Of a stretch of DNA of 64,000 nt, positions 49,435 through 58,255 are shown piece after piece. The DNA is from an uncultured delta proteobacterium (GTDB taxonomy: Bacteria; Myxococcota; Myxococcia; Myxococcales; Myxococcaceae). Both the position numbers and the translations under genes were made by a program. Every line of letters starts with the position of its first letter. Within the stretch, counting starts at the first letter, position 1. A model generated the notes under the pieces. It was given only the letters and a program-made list of their open reading frames with translations, was not told where the DNA came from and did not search any database. The stretch is from NCBI GenBank assembly GCA_963796055.1, contig CAWCKH010000004.1:2112001-2176000 (forward strand). The letters are read 5' to 3'.

Positions 49435-51204
49435 TCAGGCGTGCGGCATCCGGCGGCGGCTCGCCCAGGCGGCCACGGCGAGGAGCGCGAGCATTCCGCC
49501 CGGGCCGCTCCCGGTGGTGCTGCAGCTCGAGGCCTGGCTGGCCACCGCGGTGGTGCGGGCGTCCAGGGCGGCGGGCGCCGGGGTTCCGCCGGCGATGCGG
49601 AACTCGACCGAGGCCTTCCGCGGCGTGCTGCCGGCGAAGGCGTAGCGGGCGATGACCGTCTTCACCGTTCCCGGGGCGAGGTCTCCGAGCGCACAGGGCA
49701 GCCCGAGCGTGCAGTCGAGATCGGTCGAGACCAGGCGCAGCGAGGGGTCGGCCTGGCCGTCCAGCACCACGCCGGTGGCGCTCCCGCTCCCCCGGTTGAC
49801 GACGTGCACGATGAAGCGGGGCGGGTGGCCCTCCTCGAAGGCGGGACCAAGCGTCGTCGCGCCGATGGTCAGCCCCCTCGGAGGGGTCCAGCCCACGTCC
49901 TCCAGCGCCGCCGGGGTGAGGTCCAGGGTGCGCGACAGGCTGGGGTTGATGATCGGCATCATCAGCAGCGGAGGCGAGGCGCTCGAGTCCCAGTGCCCAA
50001 CGCTCGAGCCGTCCGAGTAGGTGCTGGGGGTGTAGAGCAGCACGTCCCCGGCGAGGTTCTCGCCCGCGCGCCGCCCGTCGGCGTCGACGACCACCGGCTC
50101 CTTCCCGCCGTCCGAGACGTAGCCCTCGAGGAAGGCCCCGTCGTCGGACGAGAGGCCCCACACCGGAATGGTCAGCTCGGGCCCGGCGTCGCCGGTGTAC
50201 GCGGTGGGCCCGGTGCCGCTCTGGACGGGGCGGACCAGCAGACCCACGGCGCCGGCCGCCTGCGCGTTGAGCGCCCGCTGCGCAACGAAGCAGAAGAGCC
50301 CCGCGTCGGAGCGAAGCCCTCGTTCGGCCAGCACCAGCGCCCCCGGCGAGGGGGCCAGCGGACCGCAGGCGTCACGGACGGTGCCCCCGTCCGCGTCCTG
50401 GGCCAGCACCACCGGGGCGGTGACCGAGACGTGCCCGGGCCCGAACCGGGCGCGGGCGAGGGGAAGGGTGCGCCCGTCGGGAAGCCGCAGCAGCCCGTCC
50501 GTCCGGTCGAGGAGGACGTCCTTGGCCGCCCGCACCGCCGGTCCCACCCAGCTCACGTTGAGCGGCCGGCGGATCGCCTCGTCGTACTCGGCCGGGGACA
50601 GCTGTGAGAGCAGCACCCCGCTGGTGTCGTCCCGGGCCTGCTCCCGGAAGACGGTGGCGGACTTGATGAAGCCCAGCCCGTGGGCCATCTCGTGGAGGAA
50701 CACCGAGGCCAGGTCGGTGGTGCCGGTGGGGCCCTGGTTGTCCAGACCGGTGTACCAGGCGGTGATGCCGCAGCCAGACTGGCCCACGCGGGCGTTGAAC
50801 CGGGCGTCGATCTCCTCGCGGCCGGGCTCGAGGTCTCGCCCCGCCCGCTCGTTGGCCAGCGCGGCCGGGTACCGGTTGCTGTCGTAGAGCAAGGTGGGAC
50901 CCGCGGCGCCGAGCACCGCGGTGCCGCCGGAGCAGTCGAGGTCGCTGAACTCGGTGCGGATGGCGATGGGCACCTGGTTGCCCAGGGTGGCCGACCAGAG
51001 GGCCGCGGCGTACTGCGCGGCGATCAGCCGCTGCTCACCGAGCGTCGTCCCCGGGTTCCCGCCCACCGGGTCTGCCGGGGTGTGGTCGTCGAGCCCCTCG
51101 CCCGAGCCGTTCCCGTTCACGATGCGGATCTCCGCGCCGCCCAGCGCCGCACCGGACACCAGCAGGGTGCCGAGCCAGAGCGCCCGGAGCCTGGGGGAGG
51201 TCAC
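49435..51204 (-). CDS. Surface zinc metalloprotease with PA domain and MYXO-CTERM-like tail (copy 2)
   Basis: PVGGNPGTTLGEQRL, FLHEMAHGLG, PA motif CFVAQRALNAQAAGA, SVGHWD and LLMMP. Tail SSCSTTGSGPGGMLALLAVAAWASRRR. Confidence 0.85.
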   Translation of the reverse strand: MTSPRLRALWLGTLLVSGAALGGAEIRIVNGNGSGEGLDDHTPADPVGGNPGTTLGEQRLIAAQYAAALWSATLGNQVPIAIRTEFSDLDCSGGTAVLGAAGPTLLYDSNRYPAALANERAGRDLEPGREEIDARFNARVGQSGCGITAWYTGLDNQGPTGTTDLASVFLHEMAHGLGFIKSATVFREQARDDTSGVLLSQLSPAEYDEAIRRPLNVSWVGPAVRAAKDVLLDRTDGLLRLPDGRTLPLARARFGPGHVSVTAPVVLAQDADGGTVRDACGPLAPSPGALVLAERGLRSDAGLFCFVAQRALNAQAAGAVGLLVRPVQSGTGPTAYTGDAGPELTIPVWGLSSDDGAFLEGYVSDGGKEPVVVDADGRRAGENLAGDVLLYTPSTYSDGSSVGHWDSSASPPLLMMPIINPSLSRTLDLTPAALEDVGWTPPRGLTIGATTLGPAFEEGHPPRFIVHVVNRGSGSATGVVLDGQADPSLRLVSTDLDCTLGLPCALGDLAPGTVKTVIARYAFAGSTPRKASVEFRIAGGTPAPAALDARTTAVASQASSCSTTGSGPGGMLALLAVAAWASRRRMPHA

Positions 51205-51512
51205 CGGGTGTCCTCCGCCTCGCGCACCAGCGCCTCCGCCCCGTCCTCGCTGTCCACGCACCCCACGCGCAGGGTCCCATCGGGGGCCAGATGCCCCAGC
51301 ACCACCGCCGTGGGCCCGGCCGTGACGGGAGCCCCGGAGGCGTCCCGGGCGACCGGAGTCGTCAGGGCATTCCGCGCGACGTGGGGGCGGACCAGCGCGC
51401 GGGCGGTGGCCACCGCAGCCGGCCCCGACCCGGGAGCGGCCCCGGGACCGCACCCCGCCAGGGCGGAGGTTCCGAGGGCCAGGAGGGCCCGGCGCGCACG
51501 GGACGGAAGCAT
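51201..51512 (-). CDS. Small lipoprotein coupled to the PA-domain protease (copy 2)
   Basis: Lipobox LAGC, motif VVLGHLAPDGTLRVGCVDS. GTGA overlap with the protease start. Confidence 0.72.
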   Translation of the reverse strand: MLPSRARRALLALGTSALAGCGPGAAPGSGPAAVATARALVRPHVARNALTTPVARDASGAPVTAGPTAVVLGHLAPDGTLRVGCVDSEDGAEALVREAEDTR

Positions 51513-51593
51513 CGGGAAGAGCCTCCGAGCATCATCGGGTACCCCCCTCCGCGGCAAGCCGTGTTATCGATGTCCGTAGAGGGTGACGGCGAG

Positions 51594-51803
51594 ATGACGA
51601 CCGATGGCGCGAAGACCTCGCGGGAGCGGGCCAAGGAAATCGCCGAGCAGCGACGAGCCGAGCGGCGGCAGCGGAAGCGCCACTGCGTCCTGTGCGGCGT
51701 GGAGGAGTCGGACCGGACGCCCCTGGGGCCGCATCCGGACGGCATCGGGCCCTCCTGCCGTGAAGAGGCCGCTTGCCTCTCGCGCCGGGCACGCTCGCTG
51801 TAG
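51594..51803 (+). CDS. Small Cys4 putative zinc-binding protein
   Basis: Basic helix followed by CVLC...HPDGIGPSC....AC; GC3-biased. Confidence 0.6.
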   Translation: MTTDGAKTSRERAKEIAEQRRAERRQRKRHCVLCGVEESDRTPLGPHPDGIGPSCREEAACLSRRARSL

Positions 51804-51858
51804 CTTTCCAATACGGTTGTTGCTCGCTCCGGCGCATCGGATGTAAGAAGGTGGGCGC

Positions 51859-52074
51859 ATGGCCAGCGTTCCCTTCACCGGAGTGAAGGTGTTCTCGACG
51901 ACGCTCGCACGGGACCGCGAGACCATGGGTGAGACCATCACCAAGTGGCTCCGGGACAACCCCGGCGTGGAGGTGGTGGACCGGGTGGTGACCCAGAGCT
52001 CCGACAAGGAGTTCCACTGCCTGACCATCACCCTCTTCTACCGTCAGCGAGAAGCGCCCCCGCGCAGCGGGTAG
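51859..52074 (+). CDS. Small conserved hypothetical protein
   Basis: GAAGG RBS. FTGVKVFSTTLARDRE.MGE.IT.W...VVTQSSDKEFHCLTITLFY resembles a small family I recall from myxobacteria. Confidence 0.75.
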   Translation: MASVPFTGVKVFSTTLARDRETMGETITKWLRDNPGVEVVDRVVTQSSDKEFHCLTITLFYRQREAPPRSG

Positions 52075-52131
52075 GCCCGGCGGAGTGCAGGGGGGTTGCG
52101 CTCCGGGCCCGGCTCGGGGAGACCTGTGGAC

Positions 52132-52854
52132 ATGCGTCCCATGCGCCGGGGTTTCCGGCCTGTCCTTCCAGGTCTGCAGGGGGTTGCCGCGTGGCTGGCG
52201 GTGGCGCTGATCGCCGGTTCGGTGGTGTACGCCCTCACCCGCGACGGCCTGGGCGCGCTGCTGCTCCTGGTCCCGGGCGCGGTGCTGCGCGGCTACCTGT
52301 GGCAGCCGCTGACCTACGGCTTCGTGGAGAACTCCCCGCTGGGCGTCATCTTCGGGGCGCTCATCCTCTGGCAGCTCGGTGGGGCGCTGGAGCAGACGTG
52401 GGGTTCCCGGCGGATGGCGCTCTTCGCCCTGGGCACCACCGTGCTCGCCGGAATCCTCACCGTGCTCCTGGCGCTGGTCGTCCCGGCGCTGCGCCTCATT
52501 CCCTTCCCGGGGGGCTTTGTCATGGGCTCGGCGCTCTGGGTCGCGTACGGGCTGAGCTTCGGGCGGCGTCAGACCAACTTCTGGGGACTGCCGGTGAGCG
52601 GCAACGTGTTCGCGCTGATCGGCGTGGGGTTCGTCTTCCTGAGCGGCGCCTTCTCCAGCTTCCTCTACGTCGTTCCGTCCGCCGTGGCGCTCCTGCTGAC
52701 CTGGGCATACCTGCGGGTGGGTGGCCCCTCGGACTGGTTCCTCCGCTTCCAGAGCTGGAGGCTGCAGCGACAGCTCCGCTCCCGCAGCAAGCACCTCACC
52801 CTGGTCAGCCCCGACCGGAACACCCCCCGGGATTCCGACCGTTTCCTCCAGTGA
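52132..52854 (+). CDS. Rhomboid-like membrane protein, probably catalytically inactive
   Basis: YLWQPLTYGF and GGALEQTWGSRR. The usual GxSG position reads PGGF. Confidence 0.7.
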   Translation: MRPMRRGFRPVLPGLQGVAAWLAVALIAGSVVYALTRDGLGALLLLVPGAVLRGYLWQPLTYGFVENSPLGVIFGALILWQLGGALEQTWGSRRMALFALGTTVLAGILTVLLALVVPALRLIPFPGGFVMGSALWVAYGLSFGRRQTNFWGLPVSGNVFALIGVGFVFLSGAFSSFLYVVPSAVALLLTWAYLRVGGPSDWFLRFQSWRLQRQLRSRSKHLTLVSPDRNTPRDSDRFLQ

Positions 52855-52955
52855 GACGGTCTGTTTCACGATGGAATCGTTGAATCGCGTGAGTGGGGGA
52901 GGCATCCAAGGGCCCGACTTCTCGTTCAGCCACCCTCGTTTTTTGGAGACACCCG

Positions 52956-53546
52956 ATGCGCTCGTTCGTTGCCCTCGCCGCTCTCGTTGCCCTGCCCGCA
53001 GCCGCCTCGACGTGGGACATCGACCCCGCCCACACCGAGAGCTCCTTCGTCGTGAGGCACATGATGGTGTCCAACGTCCGCGGTCAGTTCGGAAAGACCA
53101 CCGGCGTCGTCCAGCAGGACGACAAGGACGTCACCAAGAGCTCGGCGCAGATCACCATCGACACCACCACCATCGACACCCGCGAGCCGAAGCGCGACGC
53201 GCACCTCAAGTCGCCCGATTTCTTCGACGTGGAGAAGTTCCCGACCATCACCTTCAAGTCGACGAAGATCGTCAAGGGCGAGGGCAACACCCTCAAGGTG
53301 ACCGGTGACCTGACCATTCACGGGGTGACCAAGCCGGTGGTGCTCAACGTGGAGCACACCCCCGAGACGCTCGCCGGCGGGAAGATCCGTCGCGGATTCA
53401 CCGCCACGACCAAGATCAACCGGAAGGACTACGGCCTGATGTGGAACAAGACCATCGAGGCCGGCGGGGTCCTGGTCGGCGACGACGTGACGATCACGGT
53501 GGAGGGGGAGCTGATCAAGCAGGGCCCGCCCTCCGCGTCGAACTAG
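52956..53546 (+). CDS. yceI: YceI family lipid/polyisoprenoid-binding protein
   Basis: Signal peptide; WDIDPAH, VRGQF, RDAHLKSPDFFD, GDLTIHGVT and INRKDYG. Confidence 0.93.
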   Translation: MRSFVALAALVALPAAASTWDIDPAHTESSFVVRHMMVSNVRGQFGKTTGVVQQDDKDVTKSSAQITIDTTTIDTREPKRDAHLKSPDFFDVEKFPTITFKSTKIVKGEGNTLKVTGDLTIHGVTKPVVLNVEHTPETLAGGKIRRGFTATTKINRKDYGLMWNKTIEAGGVLVGDDVTITVEGELIKQGPPSASN

Positions 53547-53559
53547 ACGTCCTGCCGCT

Positions 53560-55920
53560 TCAGGCGGCGGTGATCGACGCGATTCCTGCCCGGAAGACGT
53601 AGATCCGGGCGGTGTGCGTGCGGGTGTCGGCAGGGACGAGGAAGAAGCCCTGCTCCCCTGCGTCGACGTCCTCGGAGAAGCCGACGATCTGCCGGCCGTC
53701 GGCGAAGCCCACGCGGATGCGCCTGCCCGCCGAGGGAAGCGGCGCGGTCCCGGGCTCCTGCATGAAGAAGATGGCCTTCACCCGCTCGGCGGCGATGGCC
53801 TCCGGCGGCCGGCCGGGCTGGGCGAGCCGGATGACGGGGTCCAGCAGATCCAGGTCCTTCACCGTGCCCCGGCGGACCTGACCCTCCAGCGTGTGGAGCA
53901 CCACCCGGTGCTCTCCCTCGACGAAGGTCGGGCTGAGGTAGGTCTGTCCGAAGACCTCGGACCCCGTCGCCACGTCGGTGGCGGGCATCGGCGTCGGCTC
54001 CGGGGGGAGCTCCTCTGCGCCGTCCATCACGTCGAGCGGAGCGGGGGTGAGCAGCAGGGCCTGCGGTCGGCCGAACGGGCCACTCCGGCCGAACTGATGG
54101 GCGAGCTGCGGCGGCTCGGGCACCGCGGCGGCGAGCACAGGAAGACGGCGTCCATCGTCGCCCAGCACGTACGCCGCGGCGGGAGGCGGAGGGGGAACGC
54201 TGGCGCGTGCGGCGCCTCCGCCCGTGGGCGCCGGCGGGATCCGGCGCGCGGGCGAGGCCTCGGGTGGAGAGGCCGGCGGAGGCGCCGTGGCAGCCTGGGC
54301 AGACCTCGGCGATTGCACCGCCGGGGCTGCGGGCCGTTTCGGCGGAACGGGCGCCGGCCGGGTCTCGGGAGCGGCGGCCACCACCGGCCGCGACGGGGGC
54401 GGCGGCCTGGGGAGCACGATGCGCGGCGCCGCCGGTGCGGGGGGCGGGGGCGCGGGCTCCGGCTCGAGGTCGGGCACCTCCTCGAGGGGCGCCTGCTGGA
54501 ACGTCTGCGGTTCGGCCGCGAGCTCGGCCTCGGTGGCCTGCAGCTCCTCGGGAGCGAAGGTGGGAGCGTCGCCCTGGTCGTCGAAGGCGAGCGCGCGGGG
54601 GTCCTCGGGCTGGGCGCCCACGAACTCGTGGAGCGCGGCGAGAGGGAGGGGATCCGCGGGCTCGCCACCGAGCTCCGGCTCCCGGTCCTCGGGCTGGGCG
54701 CCCACGAACTCGTGGAGCGCGGCGAGAGGGAGGGGATCCGCGGGCTCGCCACCGAGCTCCGGCTCAGCCGGAGGCTCGGCTTCGAGCAGGACCACATCCG
54801 CCGAGGACAGCTCGATCGGTGCGCCGTCGTCCGGGCCGGCGAACTCGGCGGCCGGGTCGGCCAGGTCGAGGGGTGTCGCCCCGAGGTCCTCGGGGATGAG
54901 CGGTTCGGGGGGGACCAGGACCGCGCCCCACGCCGGCGCTTCCGGCTCCACTGCAGGGCTGGCGTCCTGGGCGGCCTCGACCGCGGCGGCGTCGATGCGC
55001 TCGGCGAGGGTCAGCCGCCGGGGCGGGGTGGACGGCTCGGGTTCCGCCGGCAGTGACTCGAGCGGGGCCTCCGGCGCGACCGGGGCGGGCTCCGCCGAGG
55101 GGAGGAGCTCGAGCACCGCCGCCCCGGGCTCCTCTGCCGCGGCCTGTTCGCCGGCCCAGGCTTCCTCCGACGGGAGCGGAGCATCGGCCGGCTCCGCCGC
55201 GGGCGGGAGTGGCTGGAGCTGGTCCTGCGCCTCGAGGTTCCGGAGGCTCGTGCCCGGCTCGACGGCCGGGAGCGCCTCGAGCTCGGGCTCCATCGACGGC
55301 GTGGTCGCCTCGGCGAAGGCGCGCATCTCGATGGCCGGGTCGGTCGTGGCGTCGGAGGTCACCTCGGCCAGCGGCACCGGTGCCGGCTCGGCGGTGAATG
55401 TCGGCGGCTCCAGAGGTGGCAGTGTCGTCGCCGGGCTGACCTCCGACGCCAGCGCTCGACCGGGCTCGGTGGGGCGCTCTGGCTCGAGGTCGGGCAGGAT
55501 CGTCGTGGTCGAGAGCTCAGGGGCCGGCGCGAGCGCCTCCACTGCCACGGTCGCGTCCGTCCCGGGCAGCTCGACGGCCGGCTCCGGCGCTCCCATCTCC
55601 AACGTCGGAAGCGCGGCCGGCTCGGGCGCGTCCAGGCGTGGGAGCGGGGCCGGTTGGGTGGGCGGAGGCGGAGCCGCCGGGCCCGACGGGACGGCGATAC
55701 GGGGCGCTTGCGGCGTCGGCGTGGGGGCCGCCGGACGTGCAGGCGCAGCCGTGCCGACGGGCTGGGTGCCGTCGGTCCGGGCCTCTGACGGCTCGGACGG
55801 CAACCCGAGTCTCTCCCGCAACTCGGCGAGCCGGCCCCGCTCCTGCTCGGTGAGACCCTGGGTGCTTCGCTTCTCGCTGAGGGAGCGCAGCTCGCGGATG
55901 GCCGCGCGCGTGTCGGACAT
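53560..55920 (-). CDS. Large acidic Pro/Ala-rich protein with C-terminal DUF6982-like domain
   Basis: Short N-terminal helix and a long disordered region. C-terminal RVVLHTLEGQVRRG...VKAIFF...IRVGFADGR...GFFLVPAD..TARIYV. Confidence 0.7.
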   Translation of the reverse strand: MSDTRAAIRELRSLSEKRSTQGLTEQERGRLAELRERLGLPSEPSEARTDGTQPVGTAAPARPAAPTPTPQAPRIAVPSGPAAPPPPTQPAPLPRLDAPEPAALPTLEMGAPEPAVELPGTDATVAVEALAPAPELSTTTILPDLEPERPTEPGRALASEVSPATTLPPLEPPTFTAEPAPVPLAEVTSDATTDPAIEMRAFAEATTPSMEPELEALPAVEPGTSLRNLEAQDQLQPLPPAAEPADAPLPSEEAWAGEQAAAEEPGAAVLELLPSAEPAPVAPEAPLESLPAEPEPSTPPRRLTLAERIDAAAVEAAQDASPAVEPEAPAWGAVLVPPEPLIPEDLGATPLDLADPAAEFAGPDDGAPIELSSADVVLLEAEPPAEPELGGEPADPLPLAALHEFVGAQPEDREPELGGEPADPLPLAALHEFVGAQPEDPRALAFDDQGDAPTFAPEELQATEAELAAEPQTFQQAPLEEVPDLEPEPAPPPPAPAAPRIVLPRPPPPSRPVVAAAPETRPAPVPPKRPAAPAVQSPRSAQAATAPPPASPPEASPARRIPPAPTGGGAARASVPPPPPAAAYVLGDDGRRLPVLAAAVPEPPQLAHQFGRSGPFGRPQALLLTPAPLDVMDGAEELPPEPTPMPATDVATGSEVFGQTYLSPTFVEGEHRVVLHTLEGQVRRGTVKDLDLLDPVIRLAQPGRPPEAIAAERVKAIFFMQEPGTAPLPSAGRRIRVGFADGRQIVGFSEDVDAGEQGFFLVPADTRTHTARIYVFRAGIASITAA
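54600..54765. repeat. Exact in-frame tandem duplication (82 bp identical, 84-bp period) within the CDS
   Basis: 54600-54681 equals 54684-54765; encodes EPELGGEPADPLPLAALHEFVGAQPED twice. Confidence 0.95.
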
Positions 55921-56117
55921 CTGTCCGATGGAGTGTACCGCGGCAAAGCCGGATGGATGAAACGAACCGACGGCTCGGGGGAACAGGCGTGTTGAAGCCG
56001 TAACGCAACCCTTCACACGGGCAACCGTCACCCACCTGCGCCTTGTTTCGAACCCTGTGGTGCGCCAGAAACGGGCCGTCGGCCCATCGGCGCCGTTTCC
56101 CCACATCGGGAGTTCCA

Positions 56118-58169
56118 GTGCCCCAGTCAGGAATCGAGAAGCTCGCGATCGACACCATCCGCACCCTGTCGATCGATGCCGTGCAGAAGGCGAACTCGGG
56201 ACACCCCGGCGCGCCCATGGCCCTCGCCCCGGTCGCCTACGCGCTCTGGCAGAACGTGCTGCGCTACGACCCGGCCGACCCCACCTGGCCGAACCGCGAT
56301 CGGTTCGTGCTCTCCAACGGGCACGCCTCGATGCTGCTCTACTCGGTGCTCCACCTCACCGGCGTGCGCCAGGTGGACCGCGATGGCCGCGTGCTGGACT
56401 CGCCGGCCGTCTCGCTCGACGAGATCAAGTCGTTCCGCCAGCTCGGAAGCCGGACGCCCGGCCACCCGGAGTACGGCCTCACCACAGGCGTCGAGGCGAC
56501 CACAGGTCCACTCGGTCAGGGCGCGGCGAACTCCGTGGGGATGGCCCTGGCCTCCCGTTGGCTCGGTGCGCGCTACAACCGGCCGGGTCTCACGCTCTTC
56601 GACTTCGACGTCTACGCCATCCTGGGCGACGGCTGCATGATGGAGGGCATCTCTTCCGAGGCCGCCTCGCTGGCCGGGCATCTGAACATCCCCAACCTCT
56701 GCTGGCTCTACGACAACAACCACGTCTCGCTCGACGGGCAGCTCGCGCTCTCCTTCAACGAGGACGTGCCGGAGCGGTTCGAGGCCTACGGCTGGGCGAC
56801 CACCCACGTCACCGACGCCAACGACCTCGGGCAGCTGGCCAAGGCGCTCCAGTTCTTCAAGCAGCAGCGGAGGCCGACGCTGATCGTCGTCGACTCCCAC
56901 ATCGGCTACGGCAGCCCGAAGAAGCAGGACACCAGCGCCGCCCATGGCGAGCCGCTGGGCGAGGATCAGGTCCGGGCCGCGAAGAAGAACTACGGCTGGC
57001 CCGAGGATGCCCAGTTCCTGGTCCCCGACGGGGTCCGGGAGCACTTCCAGCAGGGCATCGGCACGCGGGGGCGAAAGCTCCGGCAGGAATGGGAGGCCCT
57101 TCGCGAGCGGCACCGGAAGGAGTTTCCCGAGCTGGCGAAGGAGCTGGATCTCATCGACCGCGTCGACCTCCCGCCCGGATGGGACAGCGAGCTCCCGGTC
57201 TTCCCCGCAGACCCCAAGGGAATGGCCACCCGTGAGTCGTCGGGACAGGTGCTGAATTCCCTCGCGAAGAAGATCCCCTGGCTGCTCGGCGGCGCGGCCG
57301 ACCTCAGCGGCTCGACCAAGGTGACGCTCAAGGGCGAGGTGAACCTCGACGTCGAGCACCCCGGAGGACGGAACATCTATTACGGCGTCCGCGAGCATGC
57401 GATGGGCGCCATCGTCAACGGGATGGTGCTGAGCAAGCTCCGGGCGTTCGGGAGCACCTTCCTCACCTTCACCGATTACATGCGCACGCCTATCCGCCTC
57501 TCCTCGCTGATGGAGATCCCGGCCTTCCACGTGATGACCCACGACTCCATCGGCCTCGGGGAGGACGGGCCGACCCATCAGCCCATCGAGCAGCTCGCCT
57601 CTCTCCGGGCCGTACCTGGCCTTCTGGTGCTCCGTCCGGGTGATGCGAACGAGGTCGCCGAGTGCTACCGGGTGGTGATGGAGAGCCGGCACCACTCGTC
57701 CATCCTCAGCCTGAGCCGGCAGGCGCTCCCCACGTTCGACCGGACACGCTATGCGCCGGCGAGCGGTACGCGGAAGGGCGCCTACGTCCTCGCCGATGCC
57801 GAGGGCGGCAAGCCCGAGGTTCTTCTGATGGCCACCGGAAGCGAGGTCCGGCTGGTGGTGGAGGCCTACGAGATGCTGAAGGCCGAAGGCATCCGGGCCC
57901 GGGCGATCAGCATGCCGTGCTGGGAGCTGTTCGAGCAGCAGCCCCCGGAGTACCGCGAGTCGGTGCTCCCCTCCTCGGTGACGGCGCGCGTGGCGGTGGA
58001 GCAGGCGGCGACCTTTGGCTGGGCGGCGTACACCGGGCCCACCGGGAAGATCATCGGAATGACGACCTTCGGGGCCTCTGCGCCGCTGAAGGACCTCCTC
58101 CCGCACTTCGGCTTCACCACCGAGCACGTGGTGGCGGCGGCGAAGGAGCAGCTCGAAAGGGCCAGGTGA
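56118..58169 (+). CDS. tkt: Transketolase
   Basis: ANSGHPGAPM, NRDRFVLSNGH, TTGPLGQG, GDGCMMEG, GVREHAM and THDSIGLGEDGPTHQP. Confidence 0.97.
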   Translation: MPQSGIEKLAIDTIRTLSIDAVQKANSGHPGAPMALAPVAYALWQNVLRYDPADPTWPNRDRFVLSNGHASMLLYSVLHLTGVRQVDRDGRVLDSPAVSLDEIKSFRQLGSRTPGHPEYGLTTGVEATTGPLGQGAANSVGMALASRWLGARYNRPGLTLFDFDVYAILGDGCMMEGISSEAASLAGHLNIPNLCWLYDNNHVSLDGQLALSFNEDVPERFEAYGWATTHVTDANDLGQLAKALQFFKQQRRPTLIVVDSHIGYGSPKKQDTSAAHGEPLGEDQVRAAKKNYGWPEDAQFLVPDGVREHFQQGIGTRGRKLRQEWEALRERHRKEFPELAKELDLIDRVDLPPGWDSELPVFPADPKGMATRESSGQVLNSLAKKIPWLLGGAADLSGSTKVTLKGEVNLDVEHPGGRNIYYGVREHAMGAIVNGMVLSKLRAFGSTFLTFTDYMRTPIRLSSLMEIPAFHVMTHDSIGLGEDGPTHQPIEQLASLRAVPGLLVLRPGDANEVAECYRVVMESRHHSSILSLSRQALPTFDRTRYAPASGTRKGAYVLADAEGGKPEVLLMATGSEVRLVVEAYEMLKAEGIRARAISMPCWELFEQQPPEYRESVLPSSVTARVAVEQAATFGWAAYTGPTGKIIGMTTFGASAPLKDLLPHFGFTTEHVVAAAKEQLERAR

Positions 58170-58255
58170 GCGCCGTGAGACACCAGGAGCGCCGCGAGGG
58201 GCGGGTGGGCAAGGTCAAGGCGCCGGAACGGCGCTGGTCGAAGGAGCAGCGATGA
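58166..58255 (+). pseudogene. 29-codon mini-ORF, possible decayed 3' remnant of rpiB
   Basis: Overlaps the tkt stop (GTGA) and the tal start (ATGA). ERREGRVGKVKAPE resembles the RpiB C-terminal ERHxRRVxKxxxLE. Confidence 0.45.

Noticed and set aside
52132..52854. Rhomboid as the sorting enzyme for the nearby MYXO-CTERM-like proteins
   Set aside because: The catalytic GxSG is not visible, and rhombosortases act on GlyGly-CTERM tails. Proximity alone is insufficient.
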